Positions 58,388 to 64,000 of a stretch of 64,000 bases of DNA are shown piece after piece. The stretch covers positions 31,028 through 95,027 of the forward strand of contig JAFTBU010000010.1 of NCBI GenBank assembly GCA_017455065.1, given 5' to 3'. The position numbers and the translations under genes were made by a program. The DNA comes from Bacteroidales bacterium. GTDB taxonomy: Bacteria; Bacteroidota; Bacteroidia; Bacteroidales; UBA932. Every line of letters starts with the position of its first letter. The stretch's first letter is position 1. Under the pieces are notes generated by a model. It was not told where the DNA came from. It ran no database searches and saw only the letters and a list, made by a program, of their open reading frames with translations.

Positions 58388-61123
58388 ATGGACTACAATT
58401 TCAGAGAGATCGAGAGCAAATGGCAGAAGTACTGGGAGGACAATAAGACCTACAAGACCGTAGAGGACCCTTCCAGGCCCAAGTATTACGTCCTGGACAT
58501 GTTCCCTTACCCTTCAGGGGCGGGACTCCATGTCGGCCATCCTCTCGGCTACATCGCCAGTGACATTTTCTCGAGGTACAAGAGGCTGAAGGGTTTCAAC
58601 GTCCTTCATCCCATGGGATATGACTCTTTCGGCCTTCCCGCCGAGCAGTACGCCATCCAGACCGGGCAGCATCCCGAAGTGACCACTGTCCGCAATATTG
58701 CCAGATACCGCGAGCAGCTGGACCGCATCGGTTTCTGCTACGACTGGGACCGCGAAGTCCGCACCTGCGACCCCGCCTATTACAAGTGGACGCAGTGGGC
58801 CTTCCTCAAGATGTTCGACAGCTGGTACGACCCTGACCTGGACAAGGCCAGGCCCATCTCCGAGCTCGTCGCCCGCCTGGAGAAGGAGGGTTACGAAGAC
58901 GTGAGCGCCGAGCGCTGGAACGCCGCTTCCCCCAAGGAGAAATCCGACATCCTGATGCGCTGGCGCATCGCCTACCAGGGTGAGACCACCGTCAACTGGT
59001 GCGAGGGCCTCGGCACCGTGCTTGCCAATGACGAAGTCAAGGACGGTCTCTCCGTCCGCGGCGGTTTCCCCGTGGAGCAGAAGAAGATGACCCAGTGGCA
59101 GCTGAGGGTCTCGGCCTATGCCGAGAGGCTCCTCTCTTCACTGGATGTCCTCGACTGGACTGACTCCCTCAAGGAGATGCAGCGCAACTGGATAGGCAAG
59201 TCCGAGGGCACCGAGGTGGTGTTCGACACCGTCAACGGCGACAAGCACCTGCCCATCACGATATTCACCACCAGGGTGGATACCATCTATGGCGTGACTT
59301 TCATGGTACTCGCTCCCGAGAGCGAACTCGTGGGACCGCTGACCGCCGCAGGCCGTGAGGCCGAGGTGGAGGCCTACCTCCAGGAAGCCCGCAAGAAGAC
59401 GGAGCGCGAGAGGATTTCCGAGACCAAGGCTGTCACGGGAGTGTTCACGGGTTCCTACGGTATCAACCCCGTCACGGGTGAGAAGATTCCCATCTGGATT
59501 TCCGAATATGTCCTCGCGGGCTACGGCACCGGCGCCATCATGGCAGTGCCGGCGCACGACAGCCGCGACTACGCTTTCGCCAGGAAATTCGACCTCCCCA
59601 TTGTCCCCATCATCGAGGGCTGCGACGTCTCTCAGGAGAGCTTCGATGCCAAGGAAGGCATCATGTGCAACTCCGGTTTCCTCAACGGGCTCGATGTCAA
59701 GACCGCCATCGAAAGGGCCAAGGATTATGTGGAGGAGAAGGGCCTCGGACGCAGGAAGACCAATTACCGCCTGCGCGATGCCATATTCTCCCGCCAGAGG
59801 TATTGGGGCGAACCTTTCCCCATCTATTTCAAGGACGGCATCCCCATGCCCGTGGATGAGAAGGACCTGCCCGTAACCCTCCCCGAGATAGATTCCTACA
59901 AACCCTCGCCGGACGGACAGCCGCCTCTCGCCAGGGCCAAGGACTGGACTTACAAGGGATATCCCCTGGAGAAGAGCACCATGCCGGGCTTCGCCGGATC
60001 CAGCGCTTATTATCTGCGCTACATGGATCCCCACAACGATTCCGCGCTGGTCAGCCCCGAGGCTGACGGCTACTGGAAGTCCGTCGACCTGTACGTGGGC
60101 GGCACCGAGCATGCCACGGGACATCTCATCTATTCGCGTTTCTGGAACAAATTCCTGTATGACCTCGGCTATGTCTGCGAGGACGAGCCTTTCCGCAAGC
60201 TGGTCAACCAGGGCATGATCCAGGGCCGCTCCAATTTCGTGTACCGTGTCGTGGGCACCAACACCTTCGTGTCCAACGGCCTGAAGTCCGGATATGAGAC
60301 CACTGAAATCCATGTGGACATCAATATAGTGCACAATGACAAACTCGACCTGGAGGCTTTCAAGGCCTGGAGGCCGGAGTTCGCCGATGCTGAGTTCATC
60401 CTCGAGAATGGGGAGTACATCTGCGGCTGGGCTGTGGAGAAGATGAGCAAATCCATGTTCAACGTGGTCAATCCCGATGTCGTGTGCGACACCTACGGCG
60501 CCGATACCCTGAGGCTCTACGAAATGTTCCTCGGTCCCATCGAGCAGTCCAAGCCCTGGGATACCAAGGGCATAGACGGAGTGAACAGGTTCCTCAAGAA
60601 ATTCTGGAGGCTCTTCTACGACCGCGACGCATGGCTCGTGACTGATGAAAAGGCCACTCCGGCGGAGCTCAAGGCCCTGCACAAGCTCATAGGCAAGGAG
60701 CAGGAGGACATCGAGGCGTTCTCCTACAACACCACCATCAGTGCGTTCATGATAGCAGTCAATGACCTGACCGCCCTGAAGTGCACCAAACGCGAAATCC
60801 TCGAGCCCCTGGTGGTGCTCCTGAGTCCTTTCGCACCCCATATGGCGGAGGAGCTCTGGCATGGGCTCGGACATGAGGGCAGCGTGGCCGACGCCTCCTT
60901 CCCCGAGTATGTGGCGGCTTATACCGTCGAGGACAATGTCACCTATCCCGTCTCATTCAACGGCAAGACCCGTTTCACCGTGGACATGCCCAAGAGCGCC
61001 GCTCCCGCCGAGGTGGAGGCTGCCGTCAGGGGCATGGAGCAGACGGCCAGGTATGTGGGCGAAGGCCAGATCGTAAAGGTGATAGTGGTGCCCGGACGTA
61101 TCATTAATATCGTAGTTAAATGA
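58388..61123 (+). CDS. leuS: Leucine--tRNA ligase
   Basis: [14 protein letters not shown] (HIGH), KMSKS and editing domain TTRVDT. Confidence 0.97.
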   Translation: MDYNFREIESKWQKYWEDNKTYKTVEDPSRPKYYVLDMFPYPSGAGLHVGHPLGYIASDIFSRYKRLKGFNVLHPMGYDSFGLPAEQYAIQTGQHPEVTTVRNIARYREQLDRIGFCYDWDREVRTCDPAYYKWTQWAFLKMFDSWYDPDLDKARPISELVARLEKEGYEDVSAERWNAASPKEKSDILMRWRIAYQGETTVNWCEGLGTVLANDEVKDGLSVRGGFPVEQKKMTQWQLRVSAYAERLLSSLDVLDWTDSLKEMQRNWIGKSEGTEVVFDTVNGDKHLPITIFTTRVDTIYGVTFMVLAPESELVGPLTAAGREAEVEAYLQEARKKTERERISETKAVTGVFTGSYGINPVTGEKIPIWISEYVLAGYGTGAIMAVPAHDSRDYAFARKFDLPIVPIIEGCDVSQESFDAKEGIMCNSGFLNGLDVKTAIERAKDYVEEKGLGRRKTNYRLRDAIFSRQRYWGEPFPIYFKDGIPMPVDEKDLPVTLPEIDSYKPSPDGQPPLARAKDWTYKGYPLEKSTMPGFAGSSAYYLRYMDPHNDSALVSPEADGYWKSVDLYVGGTEHATGHLIYSRFWNKFLYDLGYVCEDEPFRKLVNQGMIQGRSNFVYRVVGTNTFVSNGLKSGYETTEIHVDINIVHNDKLDLEAFKAWRPEFADAEFILENGEYICGWAVEKMSKSMFNVVNPDVVCDTYGADTLRLYEMFLGPIEQSKPWDTKGIDGVNRFLKKFWRLFYDRDAWLVTDEKATPAELKALHKLIGKEQEDIEAFSYNTTISAFMIAVNDLTALKCTKREILEPLVVLLSPFAPHMAEELWHGLGHEGSVADASFPEYVAAYTVEDNVTYPVSFNGKTRFTVDMPKSAAPAEVEAAVRGMEQTARYVGEGQIVKVIVVPGRIINIVVK

Positions 61124-62046
61124 ATCACGCCATAAACAGAGCTTTCAGGGATTACCTGGTCCTGACCGTGGCATGCTTCATCTTCGCCATGGCATGGGAA
61201 GCGTTCATGATTCCGAACGGCATGTCCGCAGGAGGCATGATGGGTCTTTGTACCATCATCCAGTATGCTACAGGCGGCCTGATCCAGGCTCAGTACAGCT
61301 ACTTCGTGCTGAATGCGGTGCTCATCATCGTGGCGGTCATCGCCATGGGCATAGGCTTCGGCTTCAAGACCATCTATTGCATTGTCATGTCATCGCTGGC
61401 CATGCAGCTGGTCGGAAGCATAGAGGGCATCCATTGCATCGAAGGAGGCTTCTTCTATGTCAGGGAGACGCTGCTCATCCCCATCATCGCCGGTGCGCTG
61501 GAGGCAGTGGGCATCGGACTCGTACTCCGTTTCGGCGGCAGCACGGGAGGCACCGACATTGTCGCCCTGATGATCAACAAATATTGGCCCGTGTCCCTGA
61601 GCTCGGCTTTCCTGGTGTCGGACCTCATCATATGCTCGCTGCTGCTCTTCCTCCCCGAGAAAACTTTTGCCGACATGTGCTACGGTCTTGTCGAGCTGGT
61701 GACCTTCTCGCTGATGATAGACATGGTGGTGGGAGGTCAGAAGACTTCCTATCAGCTCATGGTGTTCTCTGACAAATACGAGCAGATCGCCGACCATATA
61801 ATCAAGAACATGGACAGGGGAGTCACCCTGCTCAAGGCCCAGGGATGGTACACCAAGAAGGACCGCAACGTCCTCCTCATCCTCATCAGCCAGAAGCAGT
61901 TCCCCCAGCTTTCCAGGACCATCAAAGAAGTGGACAGCCGGGCTTTCATGTCAGTGACCCAGACCAGCAATGTATACGGCGAAGGTTTCGACGAGATCAA
62001 GGCCGGTATTAGAAAACGCAAGCGCAAAGATGACAACCACAACTAA
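61120..62046 (+). CDS. YitT family membrane protein (paralog 1)
   Basis: [20 protein letters not shown] and GEGF (DUF2179 tail). Confidence 0.9.
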   Translation: MNHAINRAFRDYLVLTVACFIFAMAWEAFMIPNGMSAGGMMGLCTIIQYATGGLIQAQYSYFVLNAVLIIVAVIAMGIGFGFKTIYCIVMSSLAMQLVGSIEGIHCIEGGFFYVRETLLIPIIAGALEAVGIGLVLRFGGSTGGTDIVALMINKYWPVSLSSAFLVSDLIICSLLLFLPEKTFADMCYGLVELVTFSLMIDMVVGGQKTSYQLMVFSDKYEQIADHIIKNMDRGVTLLKAQGWYTKKDRNVLLILISQKQFPQLSRTIKEVDSRAFMSVTQTSNVYGEGFDEIKAGIRKRKRKDDNHN

Positions 62047-62986
62047 ATCCGTACTCACTTTCATCAAGGAGTACCTGCTCATCACCGTAGGCATAGGTAT
62101 CTATGTCCTGGGTTGGAGTATCTTCCTGGTCCCCAACAACCTGGTCGGCGGAGGCGTGACCGGTATCGCGTCCATCATCCAGTATGCTACGCACGGGGCC
62201 ATCAAGATGGGTACTTCGTATTTCGTGATCAATCTCGCCCTGCTCATCCTGGCTCTGTTCACCCTCGGCCGCAATTTCGGAGGCAAGACGGTCTATGCCA
62301 TCATCCTGGCATCCGTCGGACTGAATATCCTGCAGTCCGTGATCCCTGCCGAGATACCGCAGATACTCGCTGTGGATAACGGAAAGCTCATGAGCACCCT
62401 GATGGCAGGCATCATGGTCGGAGTGGGAATAGGCATCACTTTCTCCCAGGGAGGCAGTACGGGAGGTACGGACATCATCGCCCTGGTCGTCAACAAGTAC
62501 CGCAATGTGTCTCCGGGCCGCATGATCCTGGCCACAGACTCCGTCATCATCCTGTCATCCCTGCTGGTGCCTTCCTTCACTCCTGCAGGAGAGCTGATGC
62601 CCTGGCCTGAAAAGATAACCACCGTGGTGTACGGTTTCATCCTGGTGGCGGTGGCCAGCACCGTGCTGGATTTCTACCTCGCCGGTTCGAAACAGTCCGT
62701 ACAGGTCTTCATCCTTTCCAAGAAATACGCAGAGATAGCCGATGCGGTGACCCATGACCTTCACAGAGGCGTGACCGTGCTGGACGGCAAAGGTTGGTAC
62801 ACCAAGGAATCCACGGAGGTCGTCATGGTCATGATGCGAAAGACCGATTTGAACCTTCTGCTGCGCTACGTGAAGAGTATCGACCCCAATGCTTTCCTTT
62901 CTGTATCATCTGTGACAGGAGTTTATGGAAAAGGTTTCGATATTATCAAAACCAACAATAATAGAAAAAGAGACAAAGAAAAATAA
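62030..62986 (+). CDS. YitT family membrane protein (paralog 2; start MTTTTKSV)
   Basis: [21 protein letters not shown] and VYGKGF. Confidence 0.9.
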   Translation: MTTTTKSVLTFIKEYLLITVGIGIYVLGWSIFLVPNNLVGGGVTGIASIIQYATHGAIKMGTSYFVINLALLILALFTLGRNFGGKTVYAIILASVGLNILQSVIPAEIPQILAVDNGKLMSTLMAGIMVGVGIGITFSQGGSTGGTDIIALVVNKYRNVSPGRMILATDSVIILSSLLVPSFTPAGELMPWPEKITTVVYGFILVAVASTVLDFYLAGSKQSVQVFILSKKYAEIADAVTHDLHRGVTVLDGKGWYTKESTEVVMVMMRKTDLNLLLRYVKSIDPNAFLSVSSVTGVYGKGFDIIKTNNNRKRDKEK

Positions 62987-63009
62987 ATAATTGATTATTT
63001 GGACGTAAG

Positions 63010-63045
63010 GCACCTGTTTCCCTGTGTGGAAACGGGTGTTTTTTT
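63010..63045 (+). terminator. Intrinsic terminator after the leuS-yitT-yitT unit
   Basis: GCACCTGTTTCC-CTGTGT-GGAAACGGGTGT followed by a T run. Confidence 0.85.
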
Positions 63046-63080
63046 ATAAATTTGGGAGAAAACCAATCAACATCAGCATA

Positions 63081-64000
63081 ATGAAAAGAATGATGTCCTT
63101 CAATCTGTTGACAAGGTTTCTGTCACTGCCTTGTTACTTATCGGTTGCCGCCCTCGAAGGCAGCGCAGCTTCATTCTTCCACGGTGCCTCAGCAGCGTCC
63201 GCAGTCGTACTCCTTTGCCCGCTTTCCTACGAAAAACCCGGCAGGTCTTTCACCTTCGCCTGCATACTTGTCGCTTTACTGGCCATGGTCCAATGGTTCA
63301 CCGGTGACTCCGCCCTGATTGTCATCACCGGGGCGGCGGTGCTGCTTGTCTATTGCATAGTATCCGGGGCAGACCGCTTCAGGGTGGCGCGTGCCCTATT
63401 TGTCAGCGATTCCCCCTGGCACTTTGTCGAGTCCTACGCCCGTTCGCTCTGGACCTTGCTGTGGCTGGTGCTCTCCTTCGCGGGAGTCTGGTTCAAGCGC
63501 ATGGACAAGACGGTCATCCCCGTCGGGGCCGTCCTCACCTTGTTTTATCTGGCAGTCCTGGTCAGGGCGGGTACAGGCAAGACCTGGATGCTCTCGTCCG
63601 AGGGGGAAGATGAACTCAAGAAGATGATGGCCCGGACTTTCAATAATATGCCTGCTGACAATACGGAGGAAGGCAAGAGGCTCTCCCAGATTTACGAAAG
63701 GGCGGCGGCTTTCATGGAGGAAAGGAAACCTTACCTGGATGAAAAATTCTCCATGCCCATACTCGCAGGGATGATCTACACCAACAAAGTGTCCCTGTCC
63801 AGGGCCATCTCTTACTGCACTGGAGGAAATTTCTGTCAGTTTGCAAACCGTTACAAGGTCGGGTATGCAGTCGAGTTGATGAAACGCGACACGAGGATGA
63901 AGGTCTTCGAAGTGTCAGAGCTTTCGGGCTTCCACAACACCGTGACCTTCGGTCTTGCGTTCAAGATGGTCATGGGGAAGACGCCGGGGGAGTACAAGGA
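63081..64000 (+). CDS. Membrane-anchored AraC-family regulator (runs off the window end; absent from the ORF track)
   Basis: Open frame from ATG 63081 with several TM helices, then KPYLDEKFS, NFCQFANRY and SGFHNTVTFGLAFKMVMGKTPGEY (AraC HTH). Confidence 0.88.
   Translation, partial: MKRMMSFNLLTRFLSLPCYLSVAALEGSAASFFHGASAASAVVLLCPLSYEKPGRSFTFACILVALLAMVQWFTGDSALIVITGAAVLLVYCIVSGADRFRVARALFVSDSPWHFVESYARSLWTLLWLVLSFAGVWFKRMDKTVIPVGAVLTLFYLAVLVRAGTGKTWMLSSEGEDELKKMMARTFNNMPADNTEEGKRLSQIYERAAAFMEERKPYLDEKFSMPILAGMIYTNKVSLSRAISYCTGGNFCQFANRYKVGYAVELMKRDTRMKVFEVSELSGFHNTVTFGLAFKMVMGKTPGEYK

Overview
GC-rich (about 60%, by eye) chromosomal segment of a Bacteroidota bacterium, most likely a gut or rumen Bacteroidales. 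This is inferred from many TAnnTTTG -7 promoter elements, the absence of Shine-Dalgarno motifs, and Bacteroidales-type gene order. Most of the window is housekeeping: 3' end of infB, rnhA, tRNA-Gln(TTG), tadA, polA, an ECF sigma, rsmG, rpmH, pepC, alr, an AddAB-like pair, lolA-like, ftsK, ackA, MATE, rsmD, mazG, prfA, fabF, gyrA, leuS. Two accessory patches (about 3850-8080 and 13950-15600) carry lower-GC lipoprotein and beta-propeller genes plus gene remnants (CPBP protease tail, DUF1573 fragment, IS4 transposase fragment). The most unusual feature is a 1.4-kb apparently non-coding element at 6555-7968. Its two ends and internal segments form a hierarchy of nested long-range helices, many local hairpins and a crossing (pseudoknot) helix, with G-U wobbles mostly on the + strand. 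It is a candidate large structured RNA, or alternatively a folded ssDNA/REP-like element, and I do not recognise it as any known class. Other leads: a four-gene HPr-kinase-like / soluble S26 peptidase / PqqD(RRE) / ABC exporter operon without cyclase or precursor, a catalytically dead M28 peptidase fused to TonB_C, and a stand-alone Clp N-domain at the usual clpC-gyrA locus. All family assignments are motif recognition by eye; no searches or folding programs were run.
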